Shown here in pieces: positions 30,385 to 41,751 of a stretch of 64,000 nucleotides of DNA; positions within the stretch are counted from its first letter, which is position 1, and each line of letters starts with the position of its first letter. The stretch covers positions 480,001-544,000 of the forward strand of contig JAEHCO010000001.1 in NCBI GenBank assembly GCA_020697715.1, written 5' to 3'. The notes beneath the pieces were generated by a model. That model saw only the letters and a program-made list of their open reading frames with translations, had not been told where the DNA came from and searched no databases. Source of the DNA: Methanobacteriota archaeon (lineage in GTDB: Archaea; Thermoplasmatota; Thermoplasmata; SG8-5; JAGLSY01). Both the position numbers and the translations under genes were made by a program.

Positions 30385-31176
30385 GTGATAAGATTGAACA
30401 AGAAAGAAGAGATAATCAGGAAGAATAGAGAGGCCCTCAAGGCCTTGGACTGGGAACTACTGGATGGCGATGATGCTGATTTCGAATCAGATCAGGGGAA
30501 AGGCATCGCTCCTCCACCTCTTCAGAAGCCCTATCCGGATAATACAGAGTTGATAGATCTGGTACATCCTCCGTTCAAGAGCATTGCCCAGACGCCTATC
30601 GCTAAAGTGATCGACGACAGGAGAAGTCGTCGCTCTTTCACAAACACACCTCTCACATTGGAAGAATTATCTTTCCTTCTCTGGGCCACACAGGGTGTGC
30701 GGGAAGTGGATGGTAGCAAGGTTTGGACAAAAAGAACGGTCCCTTCGGGAGGTGCGCGCCAACCCTTTGAAACATATTTGGCTGTCAACTGGGTGGATGA
30801 TCTCGAGCCTGGAATTTACAGATACATCCCTATTGAACATAAGCTTCTGAAGGTCAAGGATGAAATACCTGACCAGCAGCAGAAGGTGAAGGAAGCGTCC
30901 TATGGTCAGACCTTTGTAGGAAAATGCGCGGCCACTTTCATCTGGGCCGCGGTACCTTATCGAGCCGAATGGAGATACAGCATCGTGGCTCACAAGGACA
31001 TCGCTATCGAGGCGGGTCATGTATGTCAAAATCTCTATCTGGCTTGTGAGGCCATAGGTGCGGGTGCATGTGGGATCGCGGCCTATGATCAAAAACTGAT
31101 GGATGGGATAATCGGTGTGGATGGCGAGGATGAGTTCACAGTATATCTTTCACCAGCTGGAAAGATAGATAAATAA
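30385..31176 (+). CDS. SagB/ThcOx-type nitroreductase-fold oxidoreductase
   Basis: RRSRRSF, LSFLLWATQG, RTVPSGGA, EAGHVCQNLYL. Confidence 0.88.
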   Translation: MIRLNKKEEIIRKNREALKALDWELLDGDDADFESDQGKGIAPPPLQKPYPDNTELIDLVHPPFKSIAQTPIAKVIDDRRSRRSFTNTPLTLEELSFLLWATQGVREVDGSKVWTKRTVPSGGARQPFETYLAVNWVDDLEPGIYRYIPIEHKLLKVKDEIPDQQQKVKEASYGQTFVGKCAATFIWAAVPYRAEWRYSIVAHKDIAIEAGHVCQNLYLACEAIGAGACGIAAYDQKLMDGIIGVDGEDEFTVYLSPAGKIDK

Positions 31177-31209
31177 TATAAAAATAAAAAAAATTATGAT
31201 GCTGGCTGA

Positions 31210-31851
31210 TCAAACATCCAGTATCTTGACCGCTCCCTTAAGAGAGAGTATTCTGGCGAACTTTTCAGGAAGGGTGACCACGTCTTCTTTTTTCAGGTCG
31301 TAGGTCTGGTCCACATCCACAAATGGAGGTATCTCTTCCAATACTCTGACCAGGCAGGTGATGGATTCCTTTTTCACTTCCTCATCTTCAGGGAAGCCGC
31401 CCTTGGCAGCCACCGGCTCCGGTACTGGCTCCGCCGGAGTAGGCTCACTGATGATCGATGTCTGCACTTCCACTGGCTCATCGATCGGGCAATCCCTGAA
31501 CCTTTTCAAAGTGGAGATCAATTCATTGTACATCTTCACTTCATTCGAGTTCATATTTTGGGGTGGCTGGCTGCCCACGACACCATTGAGTGCGGCGATG
31601 GCGATCTTCCTCTCTCTAAGATCATATATTTGACACAATCTCTTGTTAATCTTCTTTATATTATCTTGATGTATCAATGCGTCGGTACTGGATGGGTTCC
31701 TTGACTTCTCTTTGTATTGATCCTTGAGGAGCTCCAAATGCTCCTCCGCCAGCTCGTAAAACAAATGGGGCAATTTCGTCAATGTCTTGCTCCTCTTCTC
31801 GCTCCGGTGGACCTCGGATATTTCTTTGAACCCGATATCTGAATCACTCAT
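31210..31851 (-). CDS. DNA replication GINS complex subunit (Gins15-like)
   Basis: RSEKRSKTLTKLP..FYE, IYDLRERKI, B-domain VRVLEEIPPFVDVD..YDLKKEDVVTLP. Confidence 0.82.
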   Translation of the reverse strand: MSDSDIGFKEISEVHRSEKRSKTLTKLPHLFYELAEEHLELLKDQYKEKSRNPSSTDALIHQDNIKKINKRLCQIYDLRERKIAIAALNGVVGSQPPQNMNSNEVKMYNELISTLKRFRDCPIDEPVEVQTSIISEPTPAEPVPEPVAAKGGFPEDEEVKKESITCLVRVLEEIPPFVDVDQTYDLKKEDVVTLPEKFARILSLKGAVKILDV

Positions 31852-31917
31852 CCGAAGGCGATATATTTTGTTATATTTGAAATAGTCGCTTATTTTACAC
31901 TCAGATTTTATATCCCC

Positions 31918-32862
31918 CTATCCAGACCAGCAAGATATGTGAGCAAGTTCCGTATCCTCGCCTTCACCCAACATCTGCATCCTGACAAGCGCCCCATTCA
32001 ATACATAACCCTGGTTTAGCAGATCTTTCAGATCCAATCCAGTTCCCTGATAATATCTGAGGAACATTCCTTTCTTCCCCAAATCCTGTGTCCTTACCTC
32101 ACACCAGGTGAGCATGGCCAGTGCAGTCTCTTCCTTCTCAGCCACCAGTAATTTCAAGATCGTGTTCATACTACCATCTATGAGCTCGTACGTGTGTAGT
32201 ATGAGATGGTTCGGGAAGCCTGTCCCATCATCGAATTCCCACATCTCGCCCAATTCATGATCCTCCGTGGCCAGTATCTCAGCCGAATAGTCCAGGCCAC
32301 GTTCTATCTTTCCCCATGCTGGCCTGAGCCTTGGAATATCTTCCTGCCCTATCTTTCTCGCTACCAATGAGCTATCTGAATGGCCATTTCGTGTTTCCAG
32401 ATCTTTGAAAAGGACATAAGATAGCTTTTTTGGCTTGAAGCCATATTTTGTGTAAAATGCGATATTCTTAGAGCTCCCAGCCATTGTTTCCAGACCCGTT
32501 GTGGAGCATCGGCTTTCATTCAAAAAGTTCATGGCATAATTCACCAATTCCTTACCGATCCCCCTATTCTGATACTCTGGAAGCACCTCAAAGGGGCCGA
32601 ACCATCCGACACTGCCCCAGGTGTGACAGATAATAGATCCAATAATTCTACGATCTATCCTGGCCACAAAGCAGAAGCCCCCCTTCTTCGTCATATAGGA
32701 TTCGATATTCTTCCGACTCCTGTACAATAGTGGAACTTCCTGCCCTCTTTCTTTCAAAAAATGATCTTGCCAGACCAATGCCTGCATATGCCTCAGCTCA
32801 TCTATCTCCTCGTGCTTAAGCTCAGATATTTCAAGTCCCAGCATATGGTCACTCGCCGACAT
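31918..32862 (-). CDS. GNAT-family acetyltransferase (two-domain)
   Basis: GWFGPFEVLPEYQNRGIGKEL, NIAFYTKYGF. Confidence 0.85.
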   Translation of the reverse strand: MSASDHMLGLEISELKHEEIDELRHMQALVWQDHFLKERGQEVPLLYRSRKNIESYMTKKGGFCFVARIDRRIIGSIICHTWGSVGWFGPFEVLPEYQNRGIGKELVNYAMNFLNESRCSTTGLETMAGSSKNIAFYTKYGFKPKKLSYVLFKDLETRNGHSDSSLVARKIGQEDIPRLRPAWGKIERGLDYSAEILATEDHELGEMWEFDDGTGFPNHLILHTYELIDGSMNTILKLLVAEKEETALAMLTWCEVRTQDLGKKGMFLRYYQGTGLDLKDLLNQGYVLNGALVRMQMLGEGEDTELAHISCWSG

Positions 32863-32988
32863 CTATTGATTATATGTACAATACTCGCAAATGTTCCCAA
32901 GGGTGGGTTGAGATGACATTCCGTGCGTGCCAACCCATCTGTCACATCTACCATGTTGTGCTGGTTCTAATCCTAATTGACAACCCAT
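32863..32988 (-). CDS. Unannotated 41-aa Cys-rich small protein
   Basis: Manual translation MGCQLGLEPAQHGRCDRWVGTHGMSSQPTLGNICEYCTYNQ. GGTGA Shine-Dalgarno upstream; its TAG directly abuts the GNAT ATG. Confidence 0.6.
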   Translation of the reverse strand: MGCQLGLEPAQHGRCDRWVGTHGMSSQPTLGNICEYCTYNQ

Positions 32989-33167
32989 ATTTTTTTCACC
33001 AAACACTGTAATTCAAGGATGATATTTCAATCTTTGGCCTAGTTTTCCTCTTTTTTGGCGTAAAAACCATGGCCAGATATAAAAAATAATGTATTATTAC
33101 ACTCAGTTAGTAATATATATAAAAAGCTCTTTGTCCTCCTACTTTCCAAGGCAAAAGGTGTTAGTAA

Positions 33168-33596
33168 ATGGCAAGAGGATTGAATACTGCAAGGAAACTG
33201 AAGAACGACCGACAGAAGTTCCGCTGGAGCGACAGAAAATACAGGACCAGGGTAGAGCGTCTCAAAGAGAAGGCTGATCCCCTGGAAGGCTCAGCTCAGG
33301 CTAGAGGCATAGTTCTGGAGAAAGTGGGTATAGAGGCCAAACAGCCTAACTCCGCTATCAGAAAATGTGTCAAGGTCCAGCTTATTAAAAATGGTAGGCA
33401 GATCACTGCTTTCGCTGTAGGTGATGGTGCTATTAATTTTATTGATGAACATGATGAAGTACTCGTGGAAGGAATCGGCGGTAGGATGGGTCGTTCTTAC
33501 GGTGATATTCCAGGAGTTAGATTCAAAGTTATCCAGGTTAACAGCGTGTCTCTTGATGAGATGGTACGCGGTAGAAAGGAGAAGCCAGTTAGGTGA
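33168..33596 (+). CDS. rps12: 30S ribosomal protein S12 (uS12)
   Basis: [33 protein letters not shown] (archaeal type). Confidence 0.98.
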   Translation: MARGLNTARKLKNDRQKFRWSDRKYRTRVERLKEKADPLEGSAQARGIVLEKVGIEAKQPNSAIRKCVKVQLIKNGRQITAFAVGDGAINFIDEHDEVLVEGIGGRMGRSYGDIPGVRFKVIQVNSVSLDEMVRGRKEKPVR

Positions 33597-33601
33597 TTTA
33601 T

Positions 33602-34597
33602 ATGGCCGATGATATTAAGACAGAAGAGAAAAAAGAAGAGGCTGTTGAGGCAAAGCCAAAGGTAGAAGAGGCGCCAAAAGCAAAGCCTGTTGCCAAACCA
33701 GCTCCTGAGTTGAAACCAACTCCTGAGTCCAAGGAAGAACCTAAAGTCGAAGTAAAGGAAGATGCTCCTAAGCCGGAACCTGCCCCAAAGCCAGCTGCTA
33801 AGAAGAAGGCAGAGCCCAAGGCTGATGAACCAGCTCCTGAGTTGAAACCAACTCCAAAGGTCAAGGAAGAACCAAAGGAGAAGCCCGAGGCAAAGAAGCC
33901 AAAAGCTAAGCCTAAGGCAGAGCCCAAGACCAAAGAAGAACCTAAGGTTACTGAGCCGGCTGCCGAGGGAGAGCCAAAGCCCGAAGAGGTACCAAAAGTA
34001 AAAGGCCCGAAGAAAGTCGTTGGTCTGCCACCAGAAAAAGTGCTTCTGTTCGGTAAATACAATTTATCAGAAGTGGTCGTACATGATCCAGGTCTTGAAA
34101 AGTATCTCAATATAGATCCTATCATAGTACCACATACTGGTGCTAAGCATGCGAATAAATGGTTTGGTAAGACCAAGCTTCACATCATCGAGAGATTGCT
34201 TAACAATCTCATGAGGACAGAAGAGTTCACAGGCAAGAAAACAAAAGGATACAAGGTTGTCAGGGATGCATTTGATATAATCGAGAAAAGGACCAAATCA
34301 CATCCGGTCCAGGTACTTGTCGATGCATTGGAAAGCTCCGCTCCAAGAGAAGAGGTCACAAGACTGAGATATGGTGGAATATCCGTTCCAAAGGCAGTGG
34401 ATACCAGCTCATCAAGGAGATTGGATATCGCTTTCAGGAATATCTGCAAAGGCGCTGTGAAAACATCCTATAAAAATTCAAAACCAATAGAGGTGTGCCT
34501 CGCAAATGAGATCATTCTGGCCTCAAAGAAGGACATGAACAGCTTTGCTGTATCCAAGAAGGAAGAGCTCGAACGTGTTGCAGCTTCCGCAAGGTAA
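33602..34597 (+). CDS. rps7: 30S ribosomal protein S7 (uS7) with a ~140-aa P/K/E/A-rich N-terminal extension
   Basis: LLFGKY...SAPREEVTRLRYGG...RRLDIA...KKEELERVAASAR; GGTGA RBS upstream. Confidence 0.96.
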   Translation: MADDIKTEEKKEEAVEAKPKVEEAPKAKPVAKPAPELKPTPESKEEPKVEVKEDAPKPEPAPKPAAKKKAEPKADEPAPELKPTPKVKEEPKEKPEAKKPKAKPKAEPKTKEEPKVTEPAAEGEPKPEEVPKVKGPKKVVGLPPEKVLLFGKYNLSEVVVHDPGLEKYLNIDPIIVPHTGAKHANKWFGKTKLHIIERLLNNLMRTEEFTGKKTKGYKVVRDAFDIIEKRTKSHPVQVLVDALESSAPREEVTRLRYGGISVPKAVDTSSSRRLDIAFRNICKGAVKTSYKNSKPIEVCLANEIILASKKDMNSFAVSKKEELERVAASAR

Positions 34598-34638
34598 TGA
34601 TTCAATAATATACTATATAGAAAAAAGAAGGTATAATT

Positions 34639-36840
34639 ATGGGACGTAAAGAAGATAACATAAAAAAAGCCCAGGCACTGATGACTCAACACGAGCAGAT
34701 CAGGAATATCGGAATAGCCGCTCACATAGACCACGGTAAAACCACATTGAGTGACAATCTCATCGCCGGGGCTGGCATGATGTCAGAAGAACTAGCTGGA
34801 AAACAGCTTTTACTGGACTTTGATGAGCAGGAGCAGGCAAGAGGAATCACTATCAATGCTGCCAATGCTTCCATGGTTCACGCATATGGTGACAAGGAGT
34901 TCCTTATCAACCTTATCGATACACCTGGCCACGTGGATTTCGGCGGGGACGTCACAAGGGCAATGAGGGCTGTTGACGGTTCCATCGTTGTGGTTTGCGC
35001 TGTTGAGGGTATCATGCCCCAAACAGAGACAGTTATCAGGCAGTCACTGAAAGAAAGGGTCAGGCCACTTCTTTTCATCAATAAGGTTGACAGGCTCATC
35101 AATGAGTTGGAGGTCACCCCAGAACAAATGCAGGAGCGTTTCATTAAGATCATCAAGAACGTTAATGACCTCATAATGAAGATGGTCCCTCCAGAGTTCA
35201 AGAAGGACTGGGGCCTCAAGGTGGATGATGGCAGTGTTGCCTTTGGTTCTGCTTATCATAACTGGGCGATATCCGTACCTTTCATGAAGTCATCTGGCAT
35301 CAGTTTCAAGGACATTTACGATTACTGTGCCAAGGACGAGCAGAGAGCGCTTTCAAAGAAGGCGCCCATACATCAGATCCTTCTGGATATGGTTATCGAG
35401 CATTGCCCAGACCCGATCGTTGCGCAGAATCGCAGGATACCAAATATCTGGCACGGAGACATAGAGTCCAAGGTAGGCCAGAGCATGATGAAATGTGACG
35501 GTAAAGGACCTGTCGCTCTCATGGTGACCAAGATAGTTATAGATCCCCACGCGGGAGAGATAGCCATTGGGAGAATGTACAGTGGAAGTATCAAGAGAGG
35601 ACAGACATTACATGTTCTCGGTATGCCAAATCCAAACAGAGTGCAGCAAGTATCACTCTGTGTAGGATCTGACAGGATAGCGGTCGATGGCATTGACGCA
35701 GGTAATATCGTCGCTGTCAACGGATTGAAGGATGCCATTGCTGGTTCAACAGTTTCGGACGATCCAGAAATGGATGCTTTCGAGAAGATCGTGCACTACT
35801 CAGAACCTGTGGTCACAGTCGCTATCGAGGCAAAGCATATGAGAGATCTTCCAAAACTGGTCGATGTGCTCAGATCCGTTGCAAAAGCAGATCCATCTAT
35901 TCAAGTTGAGATCAACCAAGAAACTGGAGAACACTTGATGTCCGGTATGGGAGAACTTCATCTTGAGATCACAGAATACAGGATAAAGAATGAATACGAT
36001 GTGGAGATCCAGTCTTCACCACCTATTGTTGTTTACAGAGAATGTATCGATAGAGAAGCAGGACCATTCGAAGGTAAATCACCGAACAAGCACAATAGGT
36101 TCTTCATGACAGTATCACCTCTCGAAGAAGAGGTCGTAAAGGCGATCCGAGAAGGTACCATACAGGTCGAAGGCAAGATCAAGGACAGTAAAGTATTGGG
36201 TGCTCAGCTCCAAGAAATGGGCATGACGAAGGAAGAGGCCAAAAAGCTCGTTGTCTTTGAAGGATCCAATGTACTGATAGATGGATCAAAGGGTGTTCAG
36301 TACCTCCACGAGACCATGGAATTGTGTAAAGAGGCCTTCAAAGAGGCCATGAACCGTGGCCCACTGGCCGAGGAAAAGGTCATGGGAGTGAAGGTCAAGC
36401 TTATGGATGCGAAACTTCACGAGGATACCATTCACAGAGGTCCGGCCCAGGTAATTCCAGCTGTAAGACAGGCGATCTATGGTGCAATGTGTGTTGCAGG
36501 TAGAACCCTTCAGGAACCAAAACAGATGGTATACGTGAGTGTACCACAGGATGTCATGGGAGGCGCAACCAGTGAGATGCAGCAAAGACGTGCAGTGATA
36601 GAGGACATGGAACAGGATGGAGATCTGACAGTGATCAAGTCCAAAGCTCCAGTCGCCGAGATGTTCGGCTTCTCCAATGATATGAGAAGTGTAACAGGTG
36701 GAAGAGCATCCTGGTCTACTGAGAACTGTGGGTTCGAAAGGATACCCAGAGAATTGCAGCAGGACGTTGTATCCAAGATAAGAACGCGAAAGGGGCTCAA
36801 ACCTGAGCCCTATGATGAGCACTACTATTCATCAGCATAA
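34639..36840 (+). CDS. fusA: Elongation factor EF-2
   Basis: [21 protein letters not shown], diphthamide loop [12 protein letters not shown]. Confidence 0.98.
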   Translation: MGRKEDNIKKAQALMTQHEQIRNIGIAAHIDHGKTTLSDNLIAGAGMMSEELAGKQLLLDFDEQEQARGITINAANASMVHAYGDKEFLINLIDTPGHVDFGGDVTRAMRAVDGSIVVVCAVEGIMPQTETVIRQSLKERVRPLLFINKVDRLINELEVTPEQMQERFIKIIKNVNDLIMKMVPPEFKKDWGLKVDDGSVAFGSAYHNWAISVPFMKSSGISFKDIYDYCAKDEQRALSKKAPIHQILLDMVIEHCPDPIVAQNRRIPNIWHGDIESKVGQSMMKCDGKGPVALMVTKIVIDPHAGEIAIGRMYSGSIKRGQTLHVLGMPNPNRVQQVSLCVGSDRIAVDGIDAGNIVAVNGLKDAIAGSTVSDDPEMDAFEKIVHYSEPVVTVAIEAKHMRDLPKLVDVLRSVAKADPSIQVEINQETGEHLMSGMGELHLEITEYRIKNEYDVEIQSSPPIVVYRECIDREAGPFEGKSPNKHNRFFMTVSPLEEEVVKAIREGTIQVEGKIKDSKVLGAQLQEMGMTKEEAKKLVVFEGSNVLIDGSKGVQYLHETMELCKEAFKEAMNRGPLAEEKVMGVKVKLMDAKLHEDTIHRGPAQVIPAVRQAIYGAMCVAGRTLQEPKQMVYVSVPQDVMGGATSEMQQRRAVIEDMEQDGDLTVIKSKAPVAEMFGFSNDMRSVTGGRASWSTENCGFERIPRELQQDVVSKIRTRKGLKPEPYDEHYYSSA

Positions 36841-36902
36841 TAGCTAAGAAAAGAATATATATTAAATAGATATAGGGACAGAAAACCATTGGAGGAAATA
36901 AA

Positions 36903-38174
36903 ATGGCAGAAAAACCGCATTTAAACATAGTCTTCATAGGACACGTGGACCACGGAAAGTCGACCCTTGTAGGTCGTATGCTCCTGGACACAGGTACTAT
37001 CGAGCAGCATATAATCGACAAATACAGAAAGGAAGCCGAAGAGAAAGGCAAGGCAAGTTTCGAATTTGCCTGGGTCATGGACGGCCTCAAGGAAGAAAGG
37101 GAAAGAGGTGTGACCATAGATGTGGCTCACAAGAAGTTCATGAGCGAAAAGTACTATTTCACAATCATTGACGCACCTGGTCACAGGGATTTCGTCAAGA
37201 ACATGATAACCGGTACCAGCCAGGCAGATGCCGCAGTGCTGGTCGTTGCCGGACCTGAAGGTGTCATGGCTCAGACAAAAGAGCACGTTTTCCTTGCAAG
37301 GACATTGGGTGTCGCACAGCTTATTGTCGCCATCAACAAGATGGACGCAATTGGCTATGATGAGGCCAAATACAAGGCGGTCGTTGAGGAAGTCACAAAG
37401 CTGGTCAAGTCAGTTGGTTACAAGGATGACCAGGTGAACTTTGTTCCAGTCAGTGCTATCAAGGGCGACAATGCAGCAAAGGATCCTGGCGAAATGGGCT
37501 GGTGGAAGGGCAACACTCTTCTGGGACAGCTCAATGATCTGAAAGAGCCACCAAAATCCACAAATCTCGCACTTAGGGTTCCAGTTCAAGATGTATATAC
37601 CATCACAGGTATCGGAACAGTTCCGGTCGGCAGGGTGGAGACAGGTACATTGAAGCCAGATATGAAGCTCGTCTTCATGCCATCTAATAAGGTCGGCGAA
37701 GTAAAGTCGATCGAGATGCACCACGAAATTTTGCCAAAGGCAGAACCAGGTGACAATGTTGGATTCAATGTTAGAGGAATAGGAAAGAACGATATCCGCA
37801 GAGGGGATGTCGCTGGACCAGTGGATAGCCCACCGTCTGTGGCAAAGACCTTCACTGCACAGATCATGGTTCTTAACCATCCGTCGGTTCTGACAGTCGG
37901 TTACACACCAGTGTTCCACTGCCACACAGCTCAGGTCGCATGTACCTTTATCGAACTTCAGAAGAAGCTCGATCCAAGAACTGGTGAAGTGAGCGAAGAG
38001 AACCCGCAGTTCCTCAAGACCGGAGATGCAGCAATAGTCAAGTTGCAGCCGTCAAGACCATTCGTCATTGAGAAGGCAAAGGAATTCCCACAGTTGGGAA
38101 GATTCGCCATCAGAGACATGGGTCAGACCGTTGCAGCTGGAATGTGCATAGATGTAGAAAAGAAGGAGATGTAG
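36903..38174 (+). CDS. tuf: Elongation factor EF-1 alpha
   Basis: [31 protein letters not shown]. Confidence 0.98.
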   Translation: MAEKPHLNIVFIGHVDHGKSTLVGRMLLDTGTIEQHIIDKYRKEAEEKGKASFEFAWVMDGLKEERERGVTIDVAHKKFMSEKYYFTIIDAPGHRDFVKNMITGTSQADAAVLVVAGPEGVMAQTKEHVFLARTLGVAQLIVAINKMDAIGYDEAKYKAVVEEVTKLVKSVGYKDDQVNFVPVSAIKGDNAAKDPGEMGWWKGNTLLGQLNDLKEPPKSTNLALRVPVQDVYTITGIGTVPVGRVETGTLKPDMKLVFMPSNKVGEVKSIEMHHEILPKAEPGDNVGFNVRGIGKNDIRRGDVAGPVDSPPSVAKTFTAQIMVLNHPSVLTVGYTPVFHCHTAQVACTFIELQKKLDPRTGEVSEENPQFLKTGDAAIVKLQPSRPFVIEKAKEFPQLGRFAIRDMGQTVAAGMCIDVEKKEM

Positions 38175-38216
38175 GGTCTCCTTCCCTTTTCTTTTTTTGT
38201 TTGACGGGGTGTATGT

Positions 38217-38534
38217 TTGTCTCAAAAAGCAAGGATCTCACTTAGTGGCACTGACCCTGAGAAGGTGGACAGTGTCTGTATCCAGATAAAAAACATATCT
38301 GAGAGAACAGGCGTTGCCATGAGTGGACCAATACCATTACCAACAAAACGCCTCATAGTTCCATGTAGGAAATCACCAGATGGTGAGGGTTCCGAAACAT
38401 GGGAACGCTGGGAAATGCGTGTGCACAAGCGCCTTATAGATTTGGATGCGGATGAGAGAGCTCTACGCGCTCTTATGAGGATCCAGGTGCCAGATGGCGT
38501 GAATATCGAAATAATACTTAGGACCAGAGACTAA
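38217..38534 (+). CDS. rpsJ: 30S ribosomal protein S10 (uS10)
   Basis: [35 protein letters not shown]. Confidence 0.97.
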   Translation: MSQKARISLSGTDPEKVDSVCIQIKNISERTGVAMSGPIPLPTKRLIVPCRKSPDGEGSETWERWEMRVHKRLIDLDADERALRALMRIQVPDGVNIEIILRTRD

Positions 38535-38543
38535 GTACATTTG

Positions 38544-38576
38544 ATTTTAAGGGTTCGAATTTAGAACCCTTAAAAT
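38544..38576. terminator. 13-bp inverted repeat between convergent rps10 and TPR genes
   Basis: ATTTTAAGGGTTC-gaattta-GAACCCTTAAAAT. Confidence 0.55.
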
Positions 38577-40699
38577 TTCATTTTTAATTCATTAGCTTCA
38601 GCCATATTCGGATCCATTTCCAGAACTATATTGAGAAAGCTGATCGCTTTCTTCATCTTACCCATTTCGAAATACACTCTTGCTTTACCAAGCCAGCCCC
38701 AAATATAATCCTCATCTATGCCCAAGATATGATCATAGGTGTCCAATGCTTTCTTATGATCTCCATTCATGAGATCTATTTCAGCCATAAGCTTCCAGGC
38801 GGGTAGCCAATCACCTTCCCGCTCAAGTGCTTTTTCCAGAGATGCCAAGGCACCTGTATTGCTCCCCATTTTCATCTCCACCTCCGCCTTCGTTGTCAAG
38901 GCAGAGGGTCCGAGTCCTTTTCTGGCGAAGCACACCATGGCCTCCTCATATCTTCCCATATCTGCAAGAAGTCTGGCCTTCATTATGTGGACTTCCTCCA
39001 TTTCTTCGCCATCTTCACTTTTTTCGAGGCTATTGGTGAGTGAGATCAATGCCTTTTCATTTTCTCCAAGGCCATGAAGGGCTCTTGCCTTGAAGTACAA
39101 TATCTTACTGCCAATACCTTCACCTGGCATTTCATCGATCCATTCCAGTAATTCATCATATTCCTCGAAGGATATCAATAATTCCGCTTTCTTGATGATC
39201 AATTTCTTTTCATCATTGGCCGATAAGGCCTGGTCATAGCATATCATCGCCCTCTCGTATCTTTTGAGAGTGCTCAAGAGGCCTGCTTTATTCTCAAGAT
39301 TGGTGATATCCATATGATCGTACATCAGAAGATTGTCCACTATATTGAGAGCTTCTTTGAAACTTATCTCAGCCTCTTCATAATTTCCCATCTCCTTGAA
39401 TATCTTGCCTCTATCGACCCATGCCTCGATGAACATCGGATTGAGGATTATGGAATTGTTGATGGCATCAATGGCCTCCTCATTCTTCCCTATCCAGTGC
39501 ATGACCTCTCCTTTCGCATGCCATGAATGGTCATAATTGGGATTCAGCTCCAGGGATTGGTTCATAAGTTCCAATCCATAATCCATATCGCCCAATTTAG
39601 CAAGACCGAATCCTTTTGCGTAAAGAGCGTAATCAAAATCAGGCTTGAATTCCAGAGCCTTATCATGATATGGCTGAGCCTCTGCATATCTCGCCATTTT
39701 ATCCAATGCATTTCCAATATTGTTCCAAGCGATCTCATAGCCAGGCGATACTTCTATTCCTTTTTCAAAATAGGGGATAGATTCCTCCCATCTATCAAGG
39801 TTGTACAATGCATTTCCAATATTGTTCCAGAGGACCTCATCTCTCTGATCCATCTTCAGAGCCTCTTCATAACATTCGACAGCCTCTTCCAGCCTTCCAA
39901 TGCCATGATACGTGTACCCTTTATTGTACCAGGCCTGTTTGTATCGGGGATTAATGTCAATAGCCATATCATAGCTTTTCAATGCTTCATTATGAAGCCC
40001 CAGCATGAAAAATGTAAATCCTTTATTATTCCAAGCTTCCTCACTTTGAGGATTGATGTCAATGGCCTCATCATATGATTCAATGGCCTCCTCGAACCTT
40101 TCGAGATTGTAAAGGGTATTACCCCTACCATTCCACGCCTCTTCATTATCTGGATCCAGCTCCAAAGCCACATCATAATGCTCCAATGCGGCCTCAAAAT
40201 CCCTCTGCGCATCCAGTAATAGACCCTTTCTCATCCAGGGCCCGGGAATATCTGGATCTCGTTCTATTATCTCATCATAAAGCTCCAATGCCTCATCCAG
40301 TCTCCCAAGGGACGATAATGTCAATCCTTTATCATAATAAGCATGCATGTATTCGGGATCGATCAAAATGACCTGGTCATAGACTTCAAGTGCTTCATCC
40401 AGTTCTCCCAGATAGGTAAGGGAATTGGCCTTATTGTACATCGCGATGGAATATTCTGGTGTGATGGCCAGGGCATTGTCGTACATGTCTATGGCCTCTT
40501 CATGTCTCCCAAGGGCATCCAGTGCCACCCCGTAATTGTTGAAGAGCACATCATTATTTTTTAGTGTTTCCGAGGCCTTTTCGTAATATTCTATCGCCTT
40601 CTGGTAGTTTCCATATTCGGACAGAATATTCGCTCTTATGAAATTCTCATCCTTCTCTTCATCGTCTTGTTGGATGTGTCCTGCCGGAGGGTCTTCCAT
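38570..40699 (-). CDS. Tetratricopeptide repeat protein
   Basis: Many 34-aa repeats of the form AW(N/Y)NKG..L..LG..EEA...YD.A....P. Confidence 0.9.
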   Translation of the reverse strand: MEDPPAGHIQQDDEEKDENFIRANILSEYGNYQKAIEYYEKASETLKNNDVLFNNYGVALDALGRHEEAIDMYDNALAITPEYSIAMYNKANSLTYLGELDEALEVYDQVILIDPEYMHAYYDKGLTLSSLGRLDEALELYDEIIERDPDIPGPWMRKGLLLDAQRDFEAALEHYDVALELDPDNEEAWNGRGNTLYNLERFEEAIESYDEAIDINPQSEEAWNNKGFTFFMLGLHNEALKSYDMAIDINPRYKQAWYNKGYTYHGIGRLEEAVECYEEALKMDQRDEVLWNNIGNALYNLDRWEESIPYFEKGIEVSPGYEIAWNNIGNALDKMARYAEAQPYHDKALEFKPDFDYALYAKGFGLAKLGDMDYGLELMNQSLELNPNYDHSWHAKGEVMHWIGKNEEAIDAINNSIILNPMFIEAWVDRGKIFKEMGNYEEAEISFKEALNIVDNLLMYDHMDITNLENKAGLLSTLKRYERAMICYDQALSANDEKKLIIKKAELLISFEEYDELLEWIDEMPGEGIGSKILYFKARALHGLGENEKALISLTNSLEKSEDGEEMEEVHIMKARLLADMGRYEEAMVCFARKGLGPSALTTKAEVEMKMGSNTGALASLEKALEREGDWLPAWKLMAEIDLMNGDHKKALDTYDHILGIDEDYIWGWLGKARVYFEMGKMKKAISFLNIVLEMDPNMAEANELKMKF

Positions 40700-40875
40700 G
40701 GATGGTGATATGTATGTTTGGATATAAAATAATTTGATGAATTATCAATAGATCGAGAATTCTTGATTCTTTCCATTTAGAGTTAAAATTCGATCGGAAC
40801 CAGTACTAAATAATATGTCATTTTTTAAATTCACAGCAATCATACTTAAATATAGATATACAGTAATGGGGGTTG

Positions 40876-41751
40876 ATGAGAAAAACAAGAACCGACAAGT
40901 TAGGAAACATATATGAAACTCCTAAAGGTATCTTGGTCGCAGTGGGGGGAAACGAGGATAAGGAAAACGATTTAGATGTTCTTAGAAAAATAACCAAACT
41001 TACAACTAAAAAAGATCCAATTATTGAGATAATCACCACAGCCACAAGCACACCGAATAAAACTGGAGACGCGTACCTCAATGCTTTTAAGAAGATAGGC
41101 ATAACCAATACCAACCTTCTTCATATTAGGGTGAGAGACCAAGCAAATAGCATTGAATATCTTGAGAGGATCCAGAAGGCCGACATAATATTTTTTACAG
41201 GCGGCGACCAGCTCAAGATCACCAGCATACTTGGAGGCTCTCCTATTCTTGAAGAGATCAAAAGAAAATACTTCAATGAAAAATGTGTGATCGCCGGAAC
41301 AAGCGCAGGGGCGTCCGCAATGTCGGATACCATGATATATGGCGGTGAGAGCCATGAAGCCCTATGCAAGGGTGTGGTCCAGATGACTGGTGGTGTGGGC
41401 CTGATAAAACATATGATAATTGATAGTCATTTCATAAAAAGAGGCAGGTTCAGCAGGTTGATGGAGATAGTCTCTTCAAACCCAGGGTATATCGGCCTGG
41501 GCCTGGGGGAAGATACAGGAGTTATAATTCGGGATGGACACATATTGGAAGCTATCGGCACCGGTTTAGTAGTGATATTTGATGGCTATGGAATAAAATA
41601 TACAAATATCTCTTCTTTAAAAGATGGGGAAGCAATTGCGGTTGAGGGTGTTCTTGTCCACACACTTGGAAAGGGCCATGGATTCGATACCTTGACAAGA
41701 GAATATCTGAAACCATCTGGACTTAAAAAGTCCCTGAGGTCAAATGCATGA
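40876..41751 (+). CDS. cphB: Cyanophycinase (peptidase S51)
   Basis: VAVGGNEDK, FFTGGDQL, nucleophile GTSAGAS, IDSHF..RGRFSRL, GLGEDT. ATGA overlap with cphA. Confidence 0.92.
   Translation: MRKTRTDKLGNIYETPKGILVAVGGNEDKENDLDVLRKITKLTTKKDPIIEIITTATSTPNKTGDAYLNAFKKIGITNTNLLHIRVRDQANSIEYLERIQKADIIFFTGGDQLKITSILGGSPILEEIKRKYFNEKCVIAGTSAGASAMSDTMIYGGESHEALCKGVVQMTGGVGLIKHMIIDSHFIKRGRFSRLMEIVSSNPGYIGLGLGEDTGVIIRDGHILEAIGTGLVVIFDGYGIKYTNISSLKDGEAIAVEGVLVHTLGKGHGFDTLTREYLKPSGLKKSLRSNA

Noticed and set aside
38550-38562. GGTTCGAAT resembling a tRNA T-loop
   Set aside because: No cloverleaf; it belongs to a terminator-like inverted repeat.
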